Part shown: piece by piece, positions 36,999-50,017 of the stretch
Position numbering within the stretch: position 1 is the stretch's first letter
Layout: every line of letters starts with the position of its first letter
Source of the DNA: Blasia pusilla
Taxonomy: Eukaryota
Length of the DNA stretch: 64,000 nucleotides
Reading direction: 5' to 3'
NCBI GenBank assembly: GCA_050084515.1
Contig: CM114271.1
Span: forward strand, 32,984,001-33,048,000
Program-made: the position numbers and the translations under genes
The notes under the pieces: model-generated
Database searches by the model: none
What the model was told of the DNA's origin: nothing
Seen by the model: the letters and a program-made list of their open reading frames with translations, nothing else

Positions 36999-39900
36999 TT
37001 CACCCCTCTTTAGAGGTTGATGCCCTCATCAACGCAAACCTTCTAATATCAAGTCTTTTTGGGAAGCCGACCCCTTGAGATCGAATTGCGTTCCGGTAGC
37101 TAACCCATAATTCCTCGTTTGGCTTAAGTCTTAAGTTGTCGCCTGCAACACTTAGCATCATTTAGCATCTCTTCTTCGATAAGCCATGCTCTACCACATA
37201 CAAATTGCAACTAACACAAGCATCGAATCTCCAAATCCATGCATTCCTTTATTGCAACACTAGCCTGATATAGTTAGAACGGCCAATGGTCTAAGGTTCC
37301 TATGGTCGTAAGTCATGTCCCTAGCCTCTCCATATACAAATGCATGTGCTTTTCCTGCATCCGTTTGAAGTCTTGCAAAACCTCTTGCATGTGTTCTAAA
37401 TTTGCCTCCGCAATCCAAGTTGTCTCTTTCACATGGTAGCCCTTCCACTTAACCAAGTACTCGTACTTTTTGGCCCTACGCCTCGAACGCAAGATGGTCT
37501 CCACCTTGAACTCTGGTTCTTCCTTCACGATTACCAGTTGTGCTCTTAACATGTGTCTCTACTTGGGACACACATTATCCTAAAGACACTTCTTAATAAT
37601 CACACATGGAAAGTCGGATGAATCTTGAACTCTTATGGCACCTCCAATGTATACACACCCTCAAACGTGTTTGCCTTGATCACATACGGTCCAACATACT
37701 TGCAAAATAGCTCGTGGAAAACATCTTTGGAAGAGTGAGATTCTTCACACTCAACCACACTTGCTCCCCTACTTGGAATCTCACTTGGCGCCGACTCTTG
37801 TAAGCATGCTTAACGTACCTTAGTTGAGCCTTTGCAAGACTTCTTCTTTCCTGCTTTTCCCATTTTCGAATCTCCACTAACAAACCTTCTGCCATTGCTT
37901 GTCGAGTCTGTGCCGATGTAGTACCCTTTGAAAGGTCCAGTTGAAGAGGCCCTTCTGGCTCACGTCCATAGGCCAAAAGAAGTGGAGATTCCCCAGTTGC
38001 AGAATGTTTGGTCGAGTTGTAGCAGGTATCAGCCATACTTAGCCACTTTGCCCAATCTCGCTGATCCACACTTATGTAATTCCTTAAGTATTGATTCATG
38101 ATCGAGTTTGCCTTTTTTTCTGTCAAACTATCACAAATATAGCCTTGTATCCCTCAGACTCCGGAAGACCCGTAATGAAGTCCATACTCACACTCTACAA
38201 GGGTCCTTCTGGAATTGTAAAAGGGTGAAGCAAGCCTTGTTTCTTCTCATTAGAAACTCTGTTTGCCTGGCAGGTCACACATGTCTTCACATATTGAGGA
38301 ACATCCTCTTTCATGTTGGGCCAGAAGAACCTTTGAGTCAGAACAGCCAACGTGGATTTCTCCCCTTTATGTACTCCCAAGGGTCCGTCATGACATTCTA
38401 CTAACACCTTGGTCTGCAACCTGCCTTTGCCCACATACATCTTGCTTAGGGTTTGCCTTTGACCACATCCATATACTGCTTAAACGTTAGCAAACCATGC
38501 CTCAAACTTATGTTGGCCACCTTATTTGGGTTCTCGCTTACTTGGGTATATTTCATGCATCCTTCATGAATCTTTCTCTCCACGTCTGTTTCCTTAGGGA
38601 ACATTTCTCTCAAGACTTGAGTCGTCAATGGCATGCATTCATCCCTGCCACTCAACGCATATGGAATGACATTATCTTTCCCTGGCTTGTGGAGTCGTGG
38701 ACTAGTTCCACATTCATCAATGCCAAGGTATCATGGCATTGCAATTGTTTTGGTGTTACTCAATCTTGGGTCTCAAAATACTTGAGCGATATGCTATTGG
38801 TGAACACTCGAGTCTTGTGAAGTCCCGAATAGTGACGCCACTTCCTCAAGCAGTGAACCACCGCAAACAACTCTTTCTCATGAGTGGACCATCTCCATTC
38901 GGTGTTGCTAAGCTTCTTGCTCTCATATGCTATAAGTCTTCCTTCAAGCACCAATATTCCTGCAATCGCAAAATCACTAGCATCAGTATGCACGTTCAAC
39001 AATTTGTTGAACTCCGGAAACTTCAGCATGCGCACTGACTCTTGCGATAGGATCTCCTTGACTTGTTTGAATGCCTCATTCACTTCTCGGGTCCAAGTCA
39101 TGTTAGTGAACTTCGCAGTCCAATTAGTGAGAGGTCTCACTATTCCCAAAAAAATCCTTATGTAAGTCTTGTAAAACTGCACTGCTCCGATGAACCTTCT
39201 CATTCCCTTCACTGTAGAATGCGGTTTCCATTTGGTGATCGCTTTCACCTTATCCATATCTGGACTAACTTCATATGCGCTAACCACATGACCCATGAAC
39301 TTGATCTTGTGCAACCCAAACTCACTCTTTTCCACATTTGCATACAACTTGTTCGCCCTTAGTTTTGACAACATTGCTCTCAAATTTCGAGCTTGCTCCT
39401 CTTAAGACTTTGAATAGATCAATATGTCATCAATGTCATGATCACATACTCATTTTTCTCCTCATGAAAAATAGAGTTCATCAATATGGCGAACGTCGGA
39501 GGTGCATTACACAAACCGAAGGGCATCACTACAAACTCGAATGAGCCATATCTCATCCTACACGCGGTCTTCTCCACATGTGCTTCAGCAATCTGAATTT
39601 GGTAATATCTTGACTTCAAGTCAATCCTACTAAAGTACTTTGCTTTCCACAGTCTATCGAAGAGATCATCCATCCTTGGAAGAGCGTAGTTGTTCCTCAT
39701 AGTCACTTTATTTAGCGCACGATAATCAACATAGGGTCTCATCTTCCCATCCTTCTTCTTCACAAAGAGACCTGGCGCTCCATACAATGACTTGCTAGTT
39801 CTGATGTAGCCCTTCTCTAAGAGCTCACTTCAATACTTTTTCAACTCATCAAGTTCCTCATAGTTCAATCTATATGGGGCCTTTGAAGGTGGTTGGGACC

Positions 39901-41787
39901 CTAGGATGACACCTATCTTATGATCGACTGCCCTATGTGGTGGCAACTCATTCGAAAGCTCATTTGTCAAGACATCACCAAATTCCTTTACTACTCTCTA
40001 GAGCAATTATGTGATTTCCCTCGAAGTTGAGTCCTGATCTCTGCATCTCTCGTTTGTAGTCTCCTCCACTTGTCTCATCAAGCAGAGAAACCCATCTTCT
40101 AGGTCGGTCAAACTCCTCCTTGTAATGGCATTCACCAACTCTTTTTTCATAGAAACCTCACGAACAAACCTCACCTGCAACCGTTTGCCTTTCACTAAGA
40201 TGCTCAGCCTCAATTGTAGCTCCACCGCATACGCATCTAAGAATGTGTTCCCCAAGACTCCATCGATTCCGTCCATCTTGCACACATTGAAATTCTCATT
40301 CAACTCAAATACTACGCATCCAAAGGTTAGTCCCAAGACTAACTCTGATGAGACTTGCCTCCGACAAAGCCTACTTAGATGGGTTTGTCTGGCTTAGTGG
40401 CTGACAACCCAACTCCTTCACGATTCTGGACTCAAGAAGGAGTGCAAAGCACATGTATTAATGAGAAACATCACATCACGATCAACAATCTTGGACCTTA
40501 GGTACACCAAATTGGGCGTCCTCTTGGTAACTTGAAAGGACGCCTCGATACCTCTTGCCGACAAGTGCTTAATAGCAAATGCAATCATACTCCTATTACT
40601 AGCCTTCGGCTTTGAGCATCTTTTCGTCATATGCCTAAGTTTGCCACAATTGTAGCACATCACCTTGCCGTTTCTCGACTACGGATGTTGGGCTTCCTTT
40701 GGCTTTGCGTGGAGTTCCACTTGTTTTACAACTGGGGTAAGAGACTCTCCATGGTCACGCTTACCCACACTCTAGATCCTCTTGGATGCCCCCTTATTTT
40801 TCGGTAACTTAGAAAAACTTTTTTGCTTGAAGGGTCTTTGGACTTGGACCTCATTGTCCCCTATCCGCTCCACTAGGTTCAAAAGTTCCGCGGACGTCTT
40901 TGGTAGCTTTGGCATCCGGAGAGGTCCTTTTCTACGCTATCCTCAAGTCCACTGAAGAAGATCACCTTCTTCACGAACTCATCCATCTTTGGAAGCGAGT
41001 TCATTTTCGCACTAAACTGCCGCACGTAAGCGCTAAGGGACACACTCTGCCGCAACCGTGCGAACTCCACACCATCACGGAACTCCTGATACTATGGAGT
41101 GAATCGTTTTCCAATCAACTCCTTGAACTCCTCCCAACTTAGAGATGTTCCACGGCCTAGATATTCTTTGCAATGAGTTGTCCACCACTGGATCGTGTGA
41201 TCCTTTAGGAGCATGACCGCTACAGTCATCTTGTCTTGCTCTTCTGCCCTCTCTGCCTCAAAGTAAAGTTCCAACTCTGTTAGGAACCCGTTCACCTTCT
41301 AAGACCGCCCCATTCTTAGGAATGGCGTTGGAAAATTTGTCTTACAAAGCTTCTTGCTGGAGCTAGAAGCTTTGTCTGACTCGAGTGATCGGCTTACTCT
41401 CGTCTGACATCCAATCAGTCATCAAGTTCATGATTTGGACATAGAGCGTCGGATCCCTTGAATTTGGAGTTGAAGGCCCTGCGGAAGGATTCGCATCTAG
41501 CCTTCTAGGACATCCTTATGACTTGAGCTCGACACCTTTGGAGTCAGCGTCTCCTCTTCTGGCTCTTGGTTCGGCATCAATTTGTCTCTCAGCTTTTATC
41601 GCTTAACTTGGTGCTTCCTCGCCCTCGGTTGCCATCTTCAAGCGCTCACCTCTTCACATCTTCTCCTTGTCTCTTGGGTCCCTCCTCAAGCGTGTAGGTC
41701 TCACTGCTACCTTGAGTTCTCCCCAAGCGTCGAGTTGATCCTATGACACCAAGTTTTTGTTGACTAAGGATGAGCTCTCATACCACA

Positions 41788-42270
41788 TGTCGTGCGCCTA
41801 CTCCTCTTGAATGTCAATCTTTAGTGTTGCGGGAGCGTACGTTCAGTAATATATGCTTTCATTGCCGATCTGCACCCAAACACACTCACGTTAGTCTGGT
41901 TTGGGTCAATCGTCCTTCCAACCCATCGATTTCTCAACTCGGCACCTCATCAAGCTCAACCTTCCCTAGTTCTAGGCTTCCCAACACATGCAAGTCTTTT
42001 GAGACTAGGGACAATCTTTTTGGTTAGTTGAGGCACCTAAAACGGTGTTTGTGTGCCTAGCGGTCCCAACTGTCGAATGGACCTCGCGATCCAACAACAT
42101 GAGAAGAGGGTTGGAATCCAATAGGGACCTCCAAAATCCACTCTATTACACTTAGTGCGGGTTTCGAGTCCCAACGCCAAAACTCTCGATCCATTCCGTG
42201 CCCTTGGGTCGTCCCGCGGCACCCCAAAGTGGGGTTTGACTCCGAAGCACTCTTAGAGACCTTCCCCCTT
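41788..42270 (-). repeat. Partial 5' LTR of the Gypsy element, followed by a tRNA-iMet PBS (41772-41785)
   Basis: Homologous to the 3' LTR and ends ...ACA, followed by tgTGGTATGAGAGC on the minus strand, which matches the iMet PBS consensus TGGTATCAGAGC. Confidence 0.85.
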
Positions 42271-42577
42271 ACTAGTACTTCTCCGCCCTCCTCCTTCCTT
42301 TGGGGAAGGAGGAGGGCGGAGATGCCTAGAGATCTCCTTCTCTGGCTCTTGGTCAAGTAATGGTTTTTCTCTTGGTTTTTATTGCTTGACTTGACGTTTT
42401 GGAAAAAATCCATTTACTGTTACTATCCTCGAGCCTTAGTCCGTTCAAATCCTTTCCTTGTCTTTTGCGTCCTTCCCCAAGCGCCTAGCCCTTAACTGTG
42501 ATCTTGTGTTCTCCTAAGCGTACAATCATCCCTACGATTCCGGGTTCACGCTCATCAAAGCCGGCTCTAATACCACA

Positions 42578-43610
42578 TGTCATTTTCCTACTCCCCTTAA
42601 ACACCAGTCTTAGGTGTCGCTGAAGTTTGCGTTCAATAGGTCACACTCTCTTCATTAATATGCATCCAAACACACTCACATTAGCCAAGGTTTGGATCAC
42701 CCAACCTTGCGTCTTTCTAGTCTTTGTCTTAGGCCATCCTTCAAGCTCAATAGATCTCTAGGTAGGTCAAATATTTACCCAACCCCTCACTTCCCAACAC
42801 AGGAAAGTCCTTCAAGACTTGGGCAAGACTTCCTTGATAGTCTAGGAACCTAAAACAATGCTAGTACGCACGATAGTCCCAAGTGCCCAATTGACCTCGA
42901 ATGATTCTATAACCTGGACTCAATATTTGAGTCACGGGTCAAGGTCCAAGATTGGTGTCCATAACTTGCCCACCCAGACTTGGCTTGGTGTCCAACCCCA
43001 AAGCCAATCTCTCGATCCATCTCGTGGTTCACCTTTCAAACACCCCCATGGTTCTTCAAGGTGGGTTTCAGCTTCCAAACACCCTTGGAGACACTCCCTC
43101 TCATATATAGTTCTAGAGATCCCCACCTCCTCCCTACCTTTAGGAAAGTTCGCATGGGCAGCTCCTTGTGGCCCTCAACACAACTATCATTTTGATATTT
43201 TGGGATGCTTTCTAAATCTTTGGTCATGCGTTTGTCTAGATCTTCACTGAGGTGAAACTTTTTTTCTCACAAGATTTCCAAGGCCACCTTATTCATTCCA
43301 AATACATCTTGGATCTAGCAATTATGGTCTCAAACGCCGAGAACCCCCAAATGCTTAGTCAAGTTCCAAGTTAGGTTGTAGCCCCCTAAGTACCCAACTC
43401 TTGTGGTGGCTTGAGCTATTCTCAAGTACCATTTGATGTCTATTCTTATTCTGCTAGGTCATAGCCTTCATCATTTGCGACGCCCCTCAAGGCTCGCATC
43501 TCGCTTTTGCCACTCATATCTCATTCATGAGACTCCAACACGCTTCTATCCTAGTATATGCCCAATAGAGTTCTAATGTTCATGTTGGACGCATTATGAG
43601 GGTCGCGACA
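42578..43610 (-). repeat. Second, more diverged full-length LTR of a related Gypsy family, with its own iMet PBS (42562-42575)
   Basis: The minus strand starts TGTCGCGACCCTCATAA (compare TGTCGTGACCCTCATAA at 36998) and ends ...ACA, followed by tgTGGTATTAGAGC. It shares blocks such as ccaaacacactcacattag and cctaaaac with the other LTRs. Confidence 0.8.
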
Positions 43611-46153
43611 CCTCCCTTTCTCAATATTAAGATTCATTTATTCACATGACATCTCCCTAGTCTTGGTTACAACTTAATGATTCCACTAATGTTGATCCTC
43701 CCTTCCATAACTTGCTTCTTGAGTTTCCACTAACATATGTGTCTAAGACTTAGTTATTCGCTCTAGATTGGTTCTTTGAAGTCAATAATATTTGAAACAT
43801 ATGATCTTCAATGATGAGTTTCATAGTTTTAGAAATGCTACATATGCAAAGCTAAGGCTAAAGATTGAAAGTCTAGGGTCTCATATAATCACTTTTTGGG
43901 AAATTTTTTTTACGGTAGAAATTGTGCTAGAATTATATGCCTTTCTTTGATTGGATGACGACCATAGAAAAATTTGAAATCTAATTCAATCATTTTTGAT
44001 ACACTACAGGAAGGTATCCATAATGGAAGTTGAACATACACTTAGGGATATAGGAGTCTATTTTTTTCTAGTATCTACTTTACCTCAAGCTTTTGGCTAG
44101 TCCAAAGAAAAGATGGTATCTTCCCATCCTCCAAATTTCATATGTAAAAAAAAATGATCATTAGTTTTGAAAAATTGTAGAATCATATTATCTAAAGTTC
44201 ACTTGGATGGTTTAAACAAAACAACATCGAATAATTTTTCCTATTTCAGAATTCTCTCATTTTGCACAAGACTTAAAGAGCCTCAAGTTGCTAGGGCATC
44301 CATTTTTCCTTTTTTAAAAAAAAATCGATTTGAAAGAGTCATTGGTATCTTACCAATTCTCTGTAGGTATCAATGAATCTTACTTGAAACCTTAATCATT
44401 TTGGGGATCATTCTTCCTAATTCCTAAATTCTCTCTCTATTTTGGGGTCTATTTTGTATCTTTTTTTGAACCGCCGCTTTAAATTTCTTGATGATAACTT
44501 GATATTTAGGATGAGTATTGGGGATGGAGATGTGCTTTGCTAGCTCTAGTTTGAGGTAGTTAATCCCTTCCTTCATTATTTCCACCAAATCCATCTCGAT
44601 GATAGTAATTCCCTTTGAGTATATTTAAATTCCCGAAGTTCCTCTCCAAAGGCACTCCAAGATTATAAATCCTTGATCATAAGTGTCTCTCTTGCCTTCA
44701 TTGGTGGTGGTCAAATTACTAATGACTTAGAAGTGGAATTGTTTTAAAGTGGTTAAATAAAGAGAGAGTATCTTACAATGGATGATGTTTGCTCATTATA
44801 TCACTCATCTAGCAAGGACCTGAGCTTGTGATTAATCCAAAGAATTTTCTAAGAGGATAAGCAATAGTGGATATTCTTTACCTCACAAAAAAGCACCCAA
44901 TTCACATAATGTGAATTCTTCCCTTTGTGGGATGGTGATTTAGACAACCTTTGTCTATCATATCTATCGACATCTTTTCCCTTTTTTGGGTCACTTATCT
45001 TATTAAGAAATTTTTCATCCACTTTCAGCCCTCATTGCTTTAAAAACTATATCTAGTTCAAATATTTCTTTTACTCCCAAATTTTCCCCTTACTCTCTTT
45101 CGCCATACATACATGGGGATCTTCTATCTTCACACATTCTTTCCAACTATAAATGATATGGATGTAAGAGGATGTTGAATTTTCTACTACCCCACACGCT
45201 TTGCCACATGGTAGAGAGGAAATTTGATTTTAGATCTTTACCATATTCCATGACATATTTTTCAATCCTCTAGAAAGAAAAGGAGGGCCAATATATGTTT
45301 ACAATGGATGGTTAGTGCTCCAATATATACAATCATGACATGTTATCTTCTATCATGTGGGAGGAACTTTGGGCTTTATGTTTATAACCCAAAACACTCT
45401 CAACCATATATATCTCCTTCTACAATGACTTCTAGAAGTCCTAGTATACTACAATGAGTAAATATCTTTCAAAAAAATTGATATGGCAATAAGAGGTAGT
45501 CTTAAGTCTTGGTTTTTCCTTCTTCACTCACGTAAAATTTCTCATTAGCCACCTTCTCTTGAATAAAAATTATCAAATTACCATCCTCAATATGGAATTT
45601 TTTTGTTTTGTCATGATTGTAAAAACATAAAACATACTAGAAGAAAGATATTAATTCGAGACATCTTTTCTTCTCTTCATTATGGAGAGTTTTATTTGAT
45701 ATGTCGTATTCTTTTCATTATAAGTTTGTTCATTCCTCCTCATAACCAAGATGGAAATCGTAATTATAAAGATACACAATAACATAAATATAAAAATAAT
45801 CAATTTTGCACTTAAGAATTGAATAAAATTTTGGTGATCTATTAGTTCATATACTTGAATAACTAATTCCATTTTCCATCCATAAATATGATCCAAGAAT
45901 GATTTTTAAATCCTAATCTCTGAAAAGATGGAGGACATGCACGAGTATGATTCTTATGTAAGAAGTGCTATAAAAGGATACCAAGGTTCTGAATGAATAT
46001 TTTTAATCATGCTTGATTGATGGTGGTTGTATTTTATATATGACACATTCAATGTGAGGATCCAAAGATTATATTTTAATTTTAGTGGTAGCAATTTAGC
46101 AAGGGATAGGCGGGAAGTAAAAAATTCACAAGTAAAATTCCTTCAAAGACAAG

Positions 46154-46290
46154 TCAAGTCCTTCCTATACATGGACGTGCTTATGTCTACAAAGGAGTAC
46201 TTTATTCGGATGCAATCAAGATCAAAGATTGCATCCGAATAAAGTCCTTCTTTGTAGACGTAAGCACGTCCATATATAGAAAGGACTTGA
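46154..46290. repeat. Long hairpin: 64-bp inverted arms with a 9-nt loop
   Basis: Arm 46154-46217 against the reverse complement of 46227-46290 shows 5 mismatches by manual alignment. Confidence 0.9.
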
Positions 46291-47285
46291 GACAAGGAGT
46301 GTTGTATCTTCAGCTAGGTAGGAGTAATATCTAGGAGTTCTTGCATGAGTCTTTGGTAACTTTTTCTTATAAATTGATTCTATGATACTATGATTCATTT
46401 GATAAATTTTGGAATAATTCATTTCTTGAGATATGATTCCTATAAGATTTAAGAATCAAAGGAATTATGAGTGATTTAATTGATAAGAAAAAGATTTTTT
46501 TTCAAAGAGAATTATGTATTCGGAGAATTGTTGAATGAACTTATCTTTGCAAGAAGATAATGAACCCAATCATTTGGTTCTATAATTTTCTTAGCAAAAT
46601 CCTATGAGATAATTGGACTTATTTTATTAAACTTACCATAAAAGATTTGTTCCTAAGATAATACATATTAGACTCGTGTTTTGGTGCCATTACCAGGGCT
46701 TAGGATCAAAGAAGAAGTAGTGTGTGCTATAATTAATAGGAGATGAGCTCCAAAGTTAGCCATTGGATGTAGTGCCGGAACTCATGCGCACAAAACGTCC
46801 CCATGAACCAACGCCATGAGGACATTGTTAATGAGATTTAAAAGCAATAACAACCAAAAAAATGAAGAAAATGTTATTGAAGACTAAGTTATAGTCAAAC
46901 TCATGGGACGCACAAACTATTACATTTGGTATTTACATGAATTAAGAACTAGGGTTACTAGGTTAGTTAACCATAATTATTAGAACTAAAGACCATGGTT
47001 AGGGTTAGGGTTTTTTTAACATATTTTATATAATTGAGAAGGGGACCAATCCTTACTTATTCTCTTATTTCAAAGTTTTTTCTCTATGTCGATGTGTGTA
47101 TGTGAGAGAGTCATGATTTTTTAGCATTTTTCTATATGGTATCAAAGTGATAGGAGAATATACATTGAAATTCTTCGTGTAGGAAGAAAGAAGAGAGGCA
47201 AGACAAGGTAAAATTTTAGTTTGGGTTAGGAGATTTCAATTAGAGCTCAATTGTAGAAGATTTTAGGTGGAGCCGTAAAGGTGAA

Positions 47286-47530
47286 CAAGGTTGCACACGG
47301 ACAAAGTCCATGTCCGCGGATATTTCCATTTCCATCCCTAGGATAAACATGTCCATGCAAGTGTGGGTACCCGCGGCCCCGCGGGCCATGGCTTGCACCC
47401 GAGTCCGGCTTGCCCAGAACGTACATACGAGCTTAAGGTTATACACGATCAAATTTCGTGTTCGTAGACATATCCATGTCCGTTCTAGGGACGGATATGT
47501 CCGTATGGGACCGGATACACGCGACCGTAC
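47286..47530. mobile_element. Probable degenerate MITE-like GC-rich insert
   Basis: A GC/CpG-rich island in AT-rich DNA that begins caaggttgca, the same 10-mer that bounds the core of the 49326-50017 element. It has repeated ccatgtcc/tatgtccg motifs; the right end is poorly defined. Confidence 0.4.
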
Positions 47531-48437
47531 TTCCTTCTTTTCATGGTCATTGTAAGGAGGAACTATCTTTGTGGAGTCTTCTTATTACATGTGATAAAGG
47601 GATCCCTTATTTTTCTTAAGCTTACTATTAATTATGAGATTCTCTATTTGATTGAGGATTTCCGAATGTGCTCGCTTCCATGGCTTTTCAAGTCATGAGA
47701 GAAAGAACACAAAAAATCATGAGAAAACAAAAGTATGCGATCACATTTCTTCTTTAATGATTCTGTTAAAATCATCTTCCCAAAGTGTTTGTATTGCTTT
47801 ACATTGCCATCATGGGAAAAGACTAGTTATCATATGGATATTGGAAAAAGGATGCTACGTGGAAAGAGGATTTTATTTTTTAAATCTTTAAATGGTCTTG
47901 AGAGGCGTTTAGGAATGCCATAACTAAGGGTTTTCTTCCTTGTGGTACATTATTTATATTAGCACTTCCTTTTTGTAAATAATGTTTATGTGTATTTAAT
48001 TTTGGTTATTAGAATTTTCAAAGATGTTTCAATCATCAATATACATTCCAATTTTTTCCCATTTTTCATTTTAGAAATTTATGAGTAATTTCCATTATAA
48101 ATTTTCCGTGAAAAAATCAACTGTAGTAATTTTTGTGTTATGCTATGAAATTCTTTATAGATTTTATTTTTCCCTCTCGAGAATATCATTTCCTTCCATC
48201 GTCAATTCTATTTCCTTTTATTTTGATAGCTAAGATTTTTATCCATATTTTGTCATTGATAATTCAAACTAAGAAATGAAAAACCCATGCCATGTTTGGA
48301 ATATTAATTCATTGAGATCTGAGAAAATCAATTAGGTATAGTAATTCATTTTTTAACCCTATTTCAAAATTCTATTTGATTAATTATCTATAAAAGCATT
48401 TTCTAGTTTCTTGTGCATCATTTGTCAAGCGTAGACG

Positions 48438-48570
48438 CTCTTGAAAAATTAAAAATCCATTGGCTATTAAAATTAAAAATACATTGGCTCTTGAAAAATT
48501 AAAAATGAATCTATCGACTCTTGAAAAATTAAAAATGAATCCATCGGCTCTTGAAAAATTTAAAATCCAC
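48438..48570. repeat. AT-rich minisatellite, ~5 units of 24-30 bp
   Basis: Repeated ctcttgaaaaattaaaaat(gaat)ccatXgg-type units. Confidence 0.8.
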
Positions 48571-49325
48571 ATACCTGAATTTTTCAACAATTGTGTGTAT
48601 GTTTGACATGTAATCTTTAGAGTGATTTCACTCTATACTCTACAAGCTATGAGAGTCTTCAAGATACAAATGTTTGATATGTAAGCTCTTAAATAAATAA
48701 ATTTAATGTTTACTCTACTGAGTCTACAATTGTGGAGGCCATGAGATATTCAATGTTTTCAAATAGAGTAAACTGCACTATATTAAAGGGAGATCCACTT
48801 CCTCTTAAGAACGATGAAGAGGAGGGGATGCATAACAAAGATACGAGAAGCATGATCCTCAAAAGGATGAATCAAAAGGTATTGGTCCATCTCACATAAG
48901 TCCCATATGAATCTCTCATAGATCTTGGAATTAGAACAAACCTTAGTCCATTCATTATAGAGGATAAACAAAGGTCCCATCTATTGTGAAGGATAGAAAT
49001 TTCCACGGGCTCCAAACTAGCTTTGTCTCTCCTTCTAGGAGCCTTCATCAATCCATCAAAAAGAAAATAGCTAGGGCCCAAGAGGGAAGATACCCCAACT
49101 AATAATATGGATCATTAGGAGACATCATATTTATTTATTTTGAATATTTCTTATGATCGAAGAATTTTTCAGCTAGGTAACCAAATTTTTGTTTGAGAGA
49201 AGAGAATTTAATCTTGTAGTAATTTTTTTGATGAAGTATGATGAGACTTAAGTTTCAAAGTTTGGGATGACTTTTAGAGTAGATACTTTGGAAAATCCAT
49301 CTATAATAATACCCCTCTCCAACCC

Positions 49326-50017
49326 ATACTCTTTGGGTTGTAAGCAAATATTATTTTATCAGAAATCTAATACAAAATGGAACCATTGTATCTTGTGCAA
49401 ATACAAATGACAAATTCACTAAAAAAAACTAATTTCAATAATTAAACATGAAATTGATCACAATCAAGGTTGCATGGAAACGGATATGCCTTTCGGGTAC
49501 CCAAGCCCACCCTTAAGCCCGATGAGCACGTAACATAGATTCACGGAAGTCAAGCCCGCAGCAATTTAGTGGCCCACGCGTAGCGCGCATTAGGCCGCGG
49601 CAAGCCAGCATGGCGGGCTGAGCCCTGCACAGGCCTAAGCCTACCCTATGGGGGCCCAATTCGCCGTGCGAGCCTATTTGGGGGCTTGCCGTGAGCTAGT
49701 GCAGGCCGCACACGTGCCACAAAACCAGTGCGCCGTGCGAGCTCTGCCCATCCGGGCCTACGCTACGGGCTCAACAGGCGGGCTCGGATGTGGATCATGG
49801 GTTCCCAAGCAGTATGTCTGTCCCATGGACAGACTTGTACATTTCTATGCAACCTTGATCGTGATCGATTTTATGTTTGATTCTTGAAATTAGGTTTTTT
49901 TTTTTAGTGAATTCATCACTAGTATAGTATATGACCCATGATATACACAAGATACAATGGTTCCATTTTGTATTAGATTTCTCGTAAAATAAGATTTACT
50001 TGCAACCCAAAGAATAT
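49326..50017. mobile_element. Foldback/MITE-like element with ~150-175 bp inverted arms around a GC-rich core
   Basis: The left arm atactctttgggttg...aaatctaatacaaaatggaaccattgtatcttgtg...gatcacaatcaaggttgcat (49326-~49480) is mirrored by atgcaaccttgatcgtgatc...cacaagatacaatggttccattttgtattagattt...caacccaaagaatat (~49840-50017). Confidence 0.8.

Larger units (their letters stand above)
35982..42270 (-). mobile_element. Ty3/Gypsy chromovirus LTR retrotransposon, degenerate
   Basis: Domain order on the minus strand: gag (41295-40879), zinc knuckle CYNCGKLRHMTKRC (~40660), protease (40480-40007), RT (YGAPGLFVKKKDG..RPYVDYRALNK, FVVMPFGLCNAP; 39787-39419), RNase H (VHTDASDFAIAGIL, EKELFAVV; 39383-38760), integrase (38440-37680) and chromodomain (EFKVETIL...YLVKWKGY...TTW; 37552-37313). 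Many stops and frameshifts are present. Confidence 0.93.

Noticed and set aside
43700..46100. AT-rich stretch with hints of old retroelement coding sequence
   Set aside because: No motif could be read confidently in any frame, so it was left unannotated.
48438..48570. Repeat units with short variable gaps, superficially CRISPR-like
   Set aside because: The gaps are only ~7-11 nt and related to each other, there are no cas genes and the context is eukaryotic. It is an ordinary minisatellite.
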